Source: an uncultured Dehalococcoidaceae bacterium (GTDB lineage: Bacteria > Chloroflexota > Dehalococcoidia > Dehalococcoidales > RBG-16-60-22). Taken from it: 64,000 bases of DNA. The DNA is taken from assembly GCA_964409485.1 (NCBI GenBank), contig CAYPDM010000001.1, positions 1,175 to 65,174 on the forward strand. Reading direction: 5' to 3'. Positions 19,458 through 28,931 of the stretch are shown in pieces (position 1 is the stretch's first letter; each line of letters starts with the position of its first letter). The notes under the pieces were generated by a model. The model worked only from the letters and a program-made list of their open reading frames with translations, did not search any database and was not told the DNA's origin. The position numbers were made by a program, and so were the translations under genes.

Positions 19458-21368
19458 ATGCACGGCTGGATGGGTAAAATACTCCATGTTGATTTAAGCA
19501 GCTCTAAGATAAGCGAGATTACGACGCAGCCATACGCCGGGAAATACCTCGGGGGGCGGGGAGTGGCTTCCCTACTTTACCGGGAAAAAGTAACGCCCGG
19601 GGTCAAGGCTTTCGACCCCGGTAACAGACTCATCTTTATGACCGGTCCCCTGCTGGCGACCGGCACCCAGGGAGCCGCCAGAATGTCGGTCTCGGGAAAG
19701 TCGCCCATGGCCTACCCGGAAGGCTACTGCTACGGGAGTATCGGCGGGCTCCTGCCAGCCGAACTAAAACGGGCCGGATGGGACGGAATCGTCATCGACG
19801 GGCGCGCCCCGAAGCCCGTTTGCCTGTCCATCAATAATGATAAGGTGGAAATCCGCGATGCATCGCCGCTGTGGGGGCAGAACGCCTATAAGACCGAAGA
19901 ATTGCTCTACCGTGAATACGGCGATAAGATACGCTTCGTCACCACCGGCGTCGCCGGCGAAAACCTGGTGAGGACGGCTACCCTCTTCGGCTCGCAGCAG
20001 GCCGCGGTTACCGCCGGCTTCGGGGCGGTAATGGCCTCTAAAAACATGAAGGCCATGGTAGTAAGAGGCACGGGGAGTCCCACCGTGGCCGACCCTGCCG
20101 GGCTAAAAGAACTCAACCGGCACACCATAAAAATCAAGAATACCGTGAGTCTGGCCATAACCCCACGCCTAGGCATGACCAATCACGGCCACGTGCTCAA
20201 GGAAGTGGGACAGAGACACTGCTACCAGTGCGGGTTGACCTGCTCTAAATACATCTACCGGTTCGGCGACGACCCCGAACTGGAAGACCTGCGGGGCTGC
20301 CAGGCCATGGAATACTACCTGCCCTGGATGTTCGGGCAGGAAGGTGAGCCGATAAAAACCCTGTTCGATTCCCCTGCCCTCGCCAACGACTATTCAATCG
20401 GCACCTTCGAACTCCAACATATGGTAGAGTGGCTTTACGCCTGCTACAAGGCCGGGGCGCTTACCGAGGCCGAGACCGGCCTGCCGCTATCTAAAATAGG
20501 CACCCGTGAATTCCTGGAAAAACTGCTCCACGCCATAGCCCACCGCGAGGGGTTCGGGGACACCCTGGCCGAGGGTATGATGAGAGCGCGCGATAAATTG
20601 CCCCGGAAAGCGCGCGACCTGTACATGAATTCCGTCGCTCCCATCGGCGAGCATGACGGTGTTCCGCCCAGGGCCTTTATCGCCCACGCGCTGCTTTATC
20701 CGTTCGAAAACAGGATGCACCCCATCACCGTCCACGAAATGACCTACGTGCGTATGCCGTGGGCGATGTACCAGGAAGACCCAAAATCATCGCCGATTTC
20801 ACCGGAGGTCTTTCTCAAGATAGCCAGGCTCTTCTGGGGCAGCGAGGCCGCCGCCGACCAGACTACCTACGAAGGCAAGGCCATGGCCGCCAGGAATATA
20901 CAGAATCGTACCTACCTCCGCGATAGCCTGGGACTTTGCGACTTTATCTGGCCGATTACCTACTCGCTGACCACCCCGGACGGCATCGGCGACCCCGAAC
21001 TGGAGGGCAGGATATTCACCGCCGTGACGGGAATCCCAGCCTCCGAGCTCGATACCTACGCCGAGCGTATCTTCAACCTGCAGAGAATCATCAGTGTAGA
21101 GGAGGGGCATAGAGTGCCCGAGGACGATTATCCGCCGGAATTCAATTTTACCGAACCGCTGTTTGCCAGCGTCCACGGCGCCAAGATGATTATGCCCGGC
21201 CCCGGCGCCAAACCCGTGGACATGACCGGCAACGTTCTCAACAGGGATAAATTCAAAGGCATGCTGAAGGAATACTATCAGCTACGCGGCTGGGACGAGA
21301 AGACGGGACTGCCCACGAAAGAAACACTGGCAGCGCTGGGGATGGACGACATCGTTAAAGCCATCTGA
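19458..21368 (+). CDS. aor: aldehyde:ferredoxin oxidoreductase family (tungsto/molybdo-pterin) enzyme, copy 1
   Basis: 636 aa. N-terminus GKILHVDLSSSKISE...YLGGRGVAS and the 4Fe-4S motif HCYQCGLTC (CX2CX3C) are typical of the AOR family. RBS AGGAGG upstream. Confidence 0.85.
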   Translation: MHGWMGKILHVDLSSSKISEITTQPYAGKYLGGRGVASLLYREKVTPGVKAFDPGNRLIFMTGPLLATGTQGAARMSVSGKSPMAYPEGYCYGSIGGLLPAELKRAGWDGIVIDGRAPKPVCLSINNDKVEIRDASPLWGQNAYKTEELLYREYGDKIRFVTTGVAGENLVRTATLFGSQQAAVTAGFGAVMASKNMKAMVVRGTGSPTVADPAGLKELNRHTIKIKNTVSLAITPRLGMTNHGHVLKEVGQRHCYQCGLTCSKYIYRFGDDPELEDLRGCQAMEYYLPWMFGQEGEPIKTLFDSPALANDYSIGTFELQHMVEWLYACYKAGALTEAETGLPLSKIGTREFLEKLLHAIAHREGFGDTLAEGMMRARDKLPRKARDLYMNSVAPIGEHDGVPPRAFIAHALLYPFENRMHPITVHEMTYVRMPWAMYQEDPKSSPISPEVFLKIARLFWGSEAAADQTTYEGKAMAARNIQNRTYLRDSLGLCDFIWPITYSLTTPDGIGDPELEGRIFTAVTGIPASELDTYAERIFNLQRIISVEEGHRVPEDDYPPEFNFTEPLFASVHGAKMIMPGPGAKPVDMTGNVLNRDKFKGMLKEYYQLRGWDEKTGLPTKETLAALGMDDIVKAI

Positions 21369-21464
21369 ACGGAATAACGTGGAGTAAATTCACGGGCTAA
21401 GCCGCCGACGATACGAGGGCGGCCCGGGTGGGAATAGATATCAACGAGGGGGGTTGGGGTATTA

Positions 21465-22610
21465 TTACACCTTCATTCCAAGCCGCATCTTAATCCTGAT
21501 ATTCAACATGTTCCACCAGCCCACCCTGCCGGACAGGGCCTTCATATTGTAGGTATCTTTGTCTTTTACAGGCACCTTCTCCGTCTCTTTCTTCACCAAC
21601 GTGATAGCGCCCTGGGGGCAGAGAGCCACACAATTGCCGCAGCCGATACACCGGTCCAGGTTAACCCTGGCCTTACCGTTGACGGTGATGGCATTCAGCT
21701 GGCACTTCCCCGCGCATACGTTACAGCCCAGACACCACTCCTGGTCTACCTCTGCATAAAAGTTAGTCACGTACATATCCACTGGCCGGGGATATCTTTC
21801 AAGCATCTTCAGGAGGACACAGCAGTCCCCGCAGCAACAGCAGATGGCATCCGGGCGCTGCGAATTTTCCGGCTGGAGGACAAGTCCCGCCTTTTGAGCT
21901 TTATCCAGTATTTCAAAGGCCTCCTCCTTGGTGATATAGCGGCCGATACCCATATCGACATGGCGCCGGGCATGGTCCGGCCCTGTAATCAAACACGCCT
22001 CTAAAAGGTCGGTTTTTTCACATTTGCCCCCTTGAACCTCCGTGGCCAGCCGGCAGATGCAGTTTGCCACGGCGATTTTGCCCCCGGCGTTTTCAACCAG
22101 TTTCCGTACATTATCATAATCGCCGACCTGATATTTTTCCGGAACGGGGATGCTTTTCTCGACGGGAACGGTACGCAGCGGGAGACCACCGCCATTGCCG
22201 CGTCTCGCCTGCGCATGCCTTTCCGACTGATACTGACGATAATCGTCAAGCAGTTCTCTGGTGAGACGGTTTATTTGAAAATTATAAATACCCCCTGCGG
22301 TGAACTCCGCATTACAGTAATGCGTCTCGTCATAGTCTTCTTCGAATGTCAGTATGGCGCCTTTACGCATCATCCCGTCCAGCGCCTGCCGCAGCCCTTC
22401 CATTGACATACCGGAGTCCTTGACGCGCTGGTAAACGCGTTTCAACGGTTCCGGCCTCATGGAAAGCTGTACGGCTATTTCAGCTTCTTCAGGGGTAAAG
22501 AACCGCTTCAGCAGCTTGATATCCAGGCCCGATTCCACCTCCGGGAAGCCGCTTGGCATCCTGTCCAGGTGTCTTTGCAGGGCGCGATAAACCTGAATCT
22601 CGGCATCCAT
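21465..22610 (-). CDS. Cys-rich Fe-S protein with C-terminal 2x[4Fe-4S] ferredoxin domain
   Basis: 381 aa. C-terminal CLGCNVCAGKC and CIGCGNCVALCP, plus an unusual CCCCGDCC run. The N-terminal region has no recognised motif. Confidence 0.6.
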   Translation of the reverse strand: MDAEIQVYRALQRHLDRMPSGFPEVESGLDIKLLKRFFTPEEAEIAVQLSMRPEPLKRVYQRVKDSGMSMEGLRQALDGMMRKGAILTFEEDYDETHYCNAEFTAGGIYNFQINRLTRELLDDYRQYQSERHAQARRGNGGGLPLRTVPVEKSIPVPEKYQVGDYDNVRKLVENAGGKIAVANCICRLATEVQGGKCEKTDLLEACLITGPDHARRHVDMGIGRYITKEEAFEILDKAQKAGLVLQPENSQRPDAICCCCGDCCVLLKMLERYPRPVDMYVTNFYAEVDQEWCLGCNVCAGKCQLNAITVNGKARVNLDRCIGCGNCVALCPQGAITLVKKETEKVPVKDKDTYNMKALSGRVGWWNMLNIRIKMRLGMKV

Positions 22611-22726
22611 TTATCTTATCCTCCAGTTTTTCTACCTCTTATGGCCACAGCGCTGCGGTCGTTTCATCCCATAAGCATATCTCAATATTTTTATTATTGT
22701 CAAAATTTACGGAAACGTAAGAAAAG

Positions 22727-22751
22727 AGGCACAGCCTGATAGGCTGTGCCT
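22727..22751 (-). terminator. putative intrinsic terminator after the NuoE/NuoF/Fe-S operon
   Basis: AGGCACAGCCT-gat-AGGCTGTGCCT is a perfect 11-bp inverted repeat 26 nt past the stop of 22778..23500. On the minus strand it is followed by CTTTTCTT. Confidence 0.55.
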
Positions 22752-22777
22752 GTATAAAACTTACTATATTTTTTTAT

Positions 22778-23500
22778 TTACCCCTGGGATGCAGGTAGTT
22801 TTTCCCTGGACGTCATAGCTCCGATTTCGGCGTAAGGTATCTTTACCCGCGGTAAAACCGGCTTGCCGTTATCGCCCATGGTAATGGCCCCCGTGGGGCA
22901 GACGAAGGCACAATCGCCGCAGCCGATACAGCCTTCACCGAGTTCGTAGGCATAGAAGGGGGCGGCGACTTCCTTATATATACCCCGGTTAACCAGGCTT
23001 ATTGCCGATTTGCCGATTATCTCCTGACAGGCTCTTACGCATAATCCGCAGAGAATACAGTCCTGGTCGCCCACGGAGAAACGGGGTTTTTCCACTCCGT
23101 ATTCCGCGGCCAGTTCCTGAATTATCCTGGTATTGGGGCACCTGGCCAGCAGAAGCTCTATAATTCCCTTGCGCAGCTTTTTGACTTTCTCGGTACTGGT
23201 TTTAACTATGATGCCCTCTTTTACCGGGTAAAGACATGCGGCCACGAACTTAAAATTCTTGCCGCCGTCTTCGCTTGCCTCAACGGTACACAACCGGCAG
23301 GCGCCATAAGGCCGGACTGCGGGGTGGTAGCAGAGTGCCGGGATATTAGCAATACCGGACATACGCTGTACCGCTTCCAGTATAGACTGGCCGCCGGACA
23401 CCACAACATCTTTATCGTCAATAGTAAAGCTTACGCTATTAACGTCATCCGCTTCGCTTATATCTATTGCTTTCTCACCATCAATCCAATATTTAGTCAT
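22778..23500 (-). CDS. short NuoG/HydA-N-terminal-like Fe-S subunit ([2Fe-2S] plus 4Fe-4S motifs, no catalytic domain)
   Basis: 240 aa. Motifs CYHPAVRPYGACRLC, CILCGLCVRAC and CIGCGDCAFVCP. The protein ends without an H-cluster or molybdopterin domain. Confidence 0.7.
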   Translation of the reverse strand: MTKYWIDGEKAIDISEADDVNSVSFTIDDKDVVVSGGQSILEAVQRMSGIANIPALCYHPAVRPYGACRLCTVEASEDGGKNFKFVAACLYPVKEGIIVKTSTEKVKKLRKGIIELLLARCPNTRIIQELAAEYGVEKPRFSVGDQDCILCGLCVRACQEIIGKSAISLVNRGIYKEVAAPFYAYELGEGCIGCGDCAFVCPTGAITMGDNGKPVLPRVKIPYAEIGAMTSREKLPASQG

Positions 23501-23513
23501 CTACAGCCTCCTT

Positions 23514-25394
23514 CTACTGTTTTATTACCGCGCCGAATTTACAGGAGTCATAGCAGACCCCGCATTTGATACACATATTCTGGTTAACCACGTGAGGCTC
23601 TTTCTTTTCGCCGCTGATAGCGTTCATGGAGCAGGCACGCGCGCATAAGCCGCAGCCGGTGCATTTTTCGGGGTCGATACTGTACTGTATCAATTCCCGG
23701 CAAACACCGGCAGGGCATTTTTTCTCATTAATATGAGCCATATATTCGTCTTTAAAGTATTTCAGGGTGCTGATAACGGGGTTGGCGGCGGTGCGTCCCA
23801 GGGCGCACAGCGCCCCGGCATTCAGGATTTCCGCCAGGTCCATCATCGTATCCAGGTCTTCCGGTTTTCCCTCGCCGTGGGTAATCCTGTCCAAGATATC
23901 GCTCATCTTGGCCAGTCCTTCCCGGCAGGGAACGCACTTGCCGCAGGACTCTCCTTTAAGGAAATTGATGAAGTAGCGGGCGACATCCACCATGCAGGTA
24001 TCCTCGTCCATGACTATCATGCCGCCGGAACCCATCATGGAGCCCAGCTTGGGAAGCTCGTCGAAGTCCACGTGCGTATCCAGGAACTGCTCGGGTATGC
24101 AGCCGCCGGAGGGCCCGCCGGTCTGCACCGCTTTAAATTTCTTGCCTCCCAGGATACCACCGCCGATGTCATATATCATTTCACGCAGGGTGATACCCAT
24201 GGGTACTTCCACCAGGCCGGAGTTGTTTATCTTGCCGACCAAGGAGAATATCATGGTACCCTTGCTGCCGGCCGTGCCGATTTTTGAATACCAGTCGGCG
24301 CCTTTATTGATTATCAGCGGTACGTTGGCCCAGGTCTTGACGTTGTTCAGCAGGCTGGGCTTTTCCCAGAGGCCCTTCTCCGACATGTGGGTGTATTTGG
24401 ACTTCGGCTCTCCTATCTTGCCTTCCAGAGAGGCTATAAGGGCGCTCGATTCTCCGCAAACGAAGGCGCCGCCCCCTTTATTTATGGTTATCTTGAAACT
24501 AAACCCGGAGTCCAGAATATTTTCGCCGAGAAAACCGTAGTCCATCGCCTGTTCCAGGGCAATCCTGGCGTGCTCCACGGCCAGGGGGTATTCGTTGCGG
24601 ACATAGACAAATCCCTGGCTGGCACCGATGGCGTAGGCGCCGATAATCATGCCTTCGATAACGCTGTGGGGATTTCCTTCCAGGATACTGCGGTCCTGGT
24701 AGGCACCGGGGTCGCCCTCGTCGGCGTTACACAGGACGTATTTTACATCGCTCCTGGAGGTGCGGCATGATTGCCATTTACGCCCGGTAGGGAAGCCGCC
24801 GCCGCCCCTGCCGCGCAGCCCGGCGCTGGTAATTTCATTGACTATCTTATCCGGGTTAAGCTGGAAGAGGGCTTTGCTCAAGGCGGAATATCCGCCGGCG
24901 GCGATATATTGCTCGATATCGGTGGGGTCTATCTCACCGTTGGCGCCCAGGATAAGGCGCGTCTGCTTGTTATAAAACGGAACGTCCGATTCGTAGGTAA
25001 TTTCCTCGCCGGTGGCGGGGTCAACATAGAGCAGCCGCTTGACCGCTTTACCCTGAAGGACTGTCTCGTTAATAATTTCCTGGACATCTTCCGGCTGCAC
25101 GTGCTGGTAAAATATCTTCTTCGGGCCGATGACTACAACCGGGCCGCGCTCGCAGAAGCCGTGACATCCCGTTTCCTTAAAATCTATTTTTACCTGGAGC
25201 TCACGCTTTTCAATCTCCTCCGCAAAAGCCTCGACGACCGCCTCGGCGCCCGAGGCACGGCAGCCGGTACCGCCACAAACCGACACGGTGATGCGGCTGG
25301 TATCCCGGTTATCCAGTATAGTCTTACGAAGCTTCTCCAGCTCTTGGACGTTTTTTAGCTTTTTATCCAGTAATTTTCTAACCTGCTCTACCAT
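23514..25394 (-). CDS. NuoF/HydB-type FMN/NAD(H) subunit, second copy
   Basis: 626 aa. GLRGRGGGGFPTG, ESCGKCVPCREG, N-terminal CGGTGC...CHGFCERGP, and C-terminal CTGCGLCARAC and CIKCGVCYDSC. Colinear with 8894..10792. Confidence 0.85.
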   Translation of the reverse strand: MVEQVRKLLDKKLKNVQELEKLRKTILDNRDTSRITVSVCGGTGCRASGAEAVVEAFAEEIEKRELQVKIDFKETGCHGFCERGPVVVIGPKKIFYQHVQPEDVQEIINETVLQGKAVKRLLYVDPATGEEITYESDVPFYNKQTRLILGANGEIDPTDIEQYIAAGGYSALSKALFQLNPDKIVNEITSAGLRGRGGGGFPTGRKWQSCRTSRSDVKYVLCNADEGDPGAYQDRSILEGNPHSVIEGMIIGAYAIGASQGFVYVRNEYPLAVEHARIALEQAMDYGFLGENILDSGFSFKITINKGGGAFVCGESSALIASLEGKIGEPKSKYTHMSEKGLWEKPSLLNNVKTWANVPLIINKGADWYSKIGTAGSKGTMIFSLVGKINNSGLVEVPMGITLREMIYDIGGGILGGKKFKAVQTGGPSGGCIPEQFLDTHVDFDELPKLGSMMGSGGMIVMDEDTCMVDVARYFINFLKGESCGKCVPCREGLAKMSDILDRITHGEGKPEDLDTMMDLAEILNAGALCALGRTAANPVISTLKYFKDEYMAHINEKKCPAGVCRELIQYSIDPEKCTGCGLCARACSMNAISGEKKEPHVVNQNMCIKCGVCYDSCKFGAVIKQ

Positions 25395-25412
25395 ATTTCA
25401 GCCCCCTGTTGC

Positions 25413-25910
25413 CTATTTGTAATTTTTCAGAACTTTTTCGAGTTTTTCCGGATTCACCTGGCTCTCGTATTTCCCATCAACGACCACCACGGGACCGAGG
25501 GCGCAACAACCCAGGCAGTTGGCGGTCTCCAGAGTAAACCTTTCATCTTCCGTGGTTTCACCGGGCTTGAGTCCGAAGTCTCTCTCCATCTTATCGACGA
25601 GTCTCTGACCGCCTTTCACGTGGCACGCCGTGCCCAGGCAAACGGTAATGGTGTGACGTCCCCTTGGCTTGAGACTGAAGGCCTGGAAAAACGTGGCCAC
25701 GCTGAAAACCTGTGAGAGAGGAATATCCAGCTTCTGGCTGATTTTAATAAGGACATCCTGCGGGATATAATTATATTCAGACTGTATATCCTGTAATAAA
25801 GATATCAGCTGTTCCTTCTTATCGACGTAGCTGTCAATAAGGGACTCAACCTTATCGGCGTTTTTTTCTATAATAGTGCGTATGGTATCAAAATCCAGTT
25901 CAGTGTCCAC
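25413..25910 (-). CDS. NuoE/HydC-type [2Fe-2S] subunit, second copy
   Basis: 165 aa. CLGTACHVKG...CLGCCALGP. Same length as 8419..8916. Confidence 0.8.
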   Translation of the reverse strand: MDTELDFDTIRTIIEKNADKVESLIDSYVDKKEQLISLLQDIQSEYNYIPQDVLIKISQKLDIPLSQVFSVATFFQAFSLKPRGRHTITVCLGTACHVKGGQRLVDKMERDFGLKPGETTEDERFTLETANCLGCCALGPVVVVDGKYESQVNPEKLEKVLKNYK

Positions 25911-26170
25911 TTGTTTACCTCCTGAATGACCTTTCTACATTAAGATTAATACTTAATGCGTCGTGTTATCGCCCGTTATTACGCCTGTATCCTCTGCAGG
26001 TAACCCTTTATATGCAGGGTGTTTCTTGCTTCCTGTTGCGTAAGTGCACCGTTTTAAGCAAGTATAAAGTTCTAGGCCATTAGTCATACTTGTGTGCAAT
26101 AATGCGTTATTTTCCCCCAGGCTTGAGTACGGTTACTTAGTTTGATATGATATTATTGGGTTGGAGAGTC

Positions 26171-26836
26171 ATGAGTGAGATAAGTATTATACTCGGTGAA
26201 GACCACATGATAACTCGCCAGGGTATCCGCCGCCTGCTGGAAGATGAAAAGGGATTTACTATAGTCGGCGAGGGCAACAACGGCGAAGAAGTAGTGCGGC
26301 TGGTAAACGAGCTGAAACCGGACGTGGTTATCATGGATATCGCCATGCCCAAGCTTAACGGTATAGAAGCCACCCGGCAAATAAAGCTGTCCAATCCCCG
26401 CACCGGCGTATTGATACTTAGCGCCTATGACGACGATGAATACGTTTTCGCTTTGCTGAAAGCCGGCGCGGCCGGCTACCTCCTGAAGAGTGTCAGCGGC
26501 GACGAATTGATACGCGCGGTTAAAGCAATCAATAAGGGAGAGCCGGTCCTCGCACCCTCCATAGCGATGAAGGTAATGAACTATTTCAAACTTCCGGAAA
26601 AGGTACCAACGATGGAAGCAGACGCCGAGCACCTAAGCGGCCGGGAAATTGATGTTATCAGGCTGGCGGCAAAAGGCCTGACGAATAAAGAGATTGCGGA
26701 TAATCTGCACCTAAGCTATCGCACCATTGAAGGTCATTTGAGAGACATCTTCAACAAACTGGGAGTCGGCTCGCGTACCGAGGCGGTTCTTTACGGTTTA
26801 AAGAAGGGCTGGTTCACGCTTGAGGAGCTGGTATAA
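26171..26836 (+). CDS. NarL/FixJ-family response regulator (REC + LuxR-type HTH)
   Basis: ORF 26147..26836; start moved to ATG 26171 after GGAGAG. DVVIMDIAMPKLNG identifies the receiver domain. C-terminal LSGREIDVIRLAAKGLTNKEIADNLHLSYRTIEGH is the LuxR-type HTH. Confidence 0.85.
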   Translation: MSEISIILGEDHMITRQGIRRLLEDEKGFTIVGEGNNGEEVVRLVNELKPDVVIMDIAMPKLNGIEATRQIKLSNPRTGVLILSAYDDDEYVFALLKAGAAGYLLKSVSGDELIRAVKAINKGEPVLAPSIAMKVMNYFKLPEKVPTMEADAEHLSGREIDVIRLAAKGLTNKEIADNLHLSYRTIEGHLRDIFNKLGVGSRTEAVLYGLKKGWFTLEELV

Positions 26837-26880
26837 CCAGCTTTCAATAATGAATTTTAACAAACCGGCAAAGTATATAT

Positions 26881-27963
26881 ATGCCACTTAGTTCAAAAAC
26901 GCTTTCAAAAATTATCGACGGCTCGGCTATTCCTTCTTTTGTAATCAACAGAGACCACACTGTCACGCACTGGAACAGCGCTATCGAGGCTCTCACTTCA
27001 AGAAGAAGAGACGAGATAATCGGGAGCGATAGCCACTGGCGCGCATTTTATTCCGAAAAAAGACCCTGCATGGCGGATTTAATCGTGAGCGGTTCATCCG
27101 CTAAAGAAATCGAGGTCCATTACCGGGACAAATGCCGTAAATCCCCTCTTATCAAAGGCGCTTACGAGGCCGAAGATTTTTTCCCGGACCTCTCCAATCA
27201 GGGCAAATGGCTCCATTTCACGGCGAGTCCTATTAAGGACGACCGGGGAGAGATAATCGGCGCAATAGAGACCGTTATCGATGTCAGCGAACGTAAAATA
27301 CTTGAGAATAACCTGCGGTATTATTTACAGCAAATAACCAAGGCCCAGGAGGAGGAGCGTAAATATATCGCGCGGGAGCTCCATGATGACATGGCCCAGA
27401 TTCTGGGTTCTCTTTCACGGCGGGTGGATAACCTGCTCCGCAAGCAGCATAATTTCGGGCCACACGAGGTTGCCGCTTTGCAGGATATCCAGGCCCTTCT
27501 CAACCAGGGATTACAGTCCATGCAAAGTTTTATTCAGAATCTTCGCCCTTCATTATTAGACGACCTGGGTCTGGTCCCGGCTTTACGCTCTTTAACCAAC
27601 AGCCTTGAAAACACGGACGGTATAATTACCGACTTTTCCGTAAATGATGAGGAGAGGCGCTTTACGGGTGAAATAGAACTATCGCTATTCCGCATCGTCC
27701 AGGAAGGGCTAAACAACATCCGAAAGCACGCCCAGGCAACCAAGGCCAGGGTATCGGTAGAATTTACCGCCAACGGGATAAATCTCACCGTCAGCGATAA
27801 CGGCAGCGGCTTTGAACTGGAAGGCAACATGGATGACCTTCCCCGCAACGGCAAGCTCGGCCTGATGGGAATAAAGGAGCGGGTATGGTTACTGGGCGGA
27901 ACCATAGAGGTAAATTCTGAACCGGGACAAGGGACTACCCTGCATATCCATGTTCCGGCCTGA
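26881..27963 (+). CDS. cytoplasmic PAS-domain sensor histidine kinase (HisKA_3 / HATPase_c)
   Basis: 360 aa with no obvious TM segment. H-box ARELHDDMAQILGSL; ATPase blocks NNIRKHA, DNGSGF and GLMGIKER. Confidence 0.85.
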   Translation: MPLSSKTLSKIIDGSAIPSFVINRDHTVTHWNSAIEALTSRRRDEIIGSDSHWRAFYSEKRPCMADLIVSGSSAKEIEVHYRDKCRKSPLIKGAYEAEDFFPDLSNQGKWLHFTASPIKDDRGEIIGAIETVIDVSERKILENNLRYYLQQITKAQEEERKYIARELHDDMAQILGSLSRRVDNLLRKQHNFGPHEVAALQDIQALLNQGLQSMQSFIQNLRPSLLDDLGLVPALRSLTNSLENTDGIITDFSVNDEERRFTGEIELSLFRIVQEGLNNIRKHAQATKARVSVEFTANGINLTVSDNGSGFELEGNMDDLPRNGKLGLMGIKERVWLLGGTIEVNSEPGQGTTLHIHVPA

Positions 27964-28010
27964 TAATTGAACCCTCTCCCGCCGTGTAAGTTCTATATAG
28001 AGCTACTTTT

Positions 28011-28892
28011 CTACGAATATTTGCCGAGTTCAGCCAGACAGTCAACGATTCTCGGTACTGCGTAGCGGGTGGCATGAGGAGGGGCATTACAGCAGGTCTT
28101 AACGATCAGCCTGCCCTGGCAACAATCATCGGCGGCACGTTTTACAATTTCAGCCAACCTGGGATAAGCCCCTTCGGTTAACGCCGCAGTGCCGTAACTA
28201 TCCCGGTGAGTGTCCATGCCGCACAACCAGTAAATCATTTCCGGCTTAAATTCCCTGATTCTCTCCGGAACTTCTCTTTCAACATTGCTGATTTCTTCTT
28301 CATCGGAGGAGCCGTGGGGGAAACATAGCTTCGTTTTACTTTCCAGCCTATCTTCAGAGTCATACACCCAGGAAAAACTATCGCAGAAACAGATATGCAG
28401 GACATCCTCATCGTTTTGATACAGGTCCCTGACGCCATCGGCGTGATGGGTATCGGTATCCACTATGGCAAATCTCCTGCCCAGAGATTTTGCACGGGCG
28501 TGCGGAATACCGAGACCGATAACGTTGAAATAACACCCGCCCCAGGCATTATCACGGTGCGCGTGGTGACCGCCTACCCCGGCAATGACCAAGGCGTTAT
28601 CTATTTCTCCCTTTAAGACTTTTTCCGTGGCGCCTATCATACCGCCAACCGAGTAGAGCGAGACCCTCCACCATTGAGTCTTCCTCACCTCGTCTATCCA
28701 CTCCCGACTGTGGAGGCGGGCTATTTCTTCTTCCGTGGCCGGCTTCGACTCAAACCAGGTCACGTTCGGTTCATTGAAAAGCCCCTCATTTTTTATACTT
28801 TGAAACCCTTCTTCGACACCCATAGCCAGACTGTTATAGGCCTCTTTCCCGCAGACGTCGTGATAAAATACGCCGGTTCTTTTCATATTCAT
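28011..28892 (-). CDS. histone deacetylase/acetoin-utilisation (arginase-deacetylase superfamily) protein
   Basis: 293 aa. GGHHAHRDNAWGGCYFN and DTDTHHADGV match the HDAC-family zinc/active-site blocks. Confidence 0.75.
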   Translation of the reverse strand: MNMKRTGVFYHDVCGKEAYNSLAMGVEEGFQSIKNEGLFNEPNVTWFESKPATEEEIARLHSREWIDEVRKTQWWRVSLYSVGGMIGATEKVLKGEIDNALVIAGVGGHHAHRDNAWGGCYFNVIGLGIPHARAKSLGRRFAIVDTDTHHADGVRDLYQNDEDVLHICFCDSFSWVYDSEDRLESKTKLCFPHGSSDEEEISNVEREVPERIREFKPEMIYWLCGMDTHRDSYGTAALTEGAYPRLAEIVKRAADDCCQGRLIVKTCCNAPPHATRYAVPRIVDCLAELGKYS

Positions 28893-28931
28893 TCCTCCTC
28901 GTCAGGGAGACGGTATTATATATAGTCTCCA

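Noticed and set aside
25911-26146. 236-bp leader/spacer between the NuoE-like operon and the response regulator, checked for a riboswitch or repeated operator
   Set aside because: I could find no recognisable riboswitch core, palindrome or repeat shared with other spacers.
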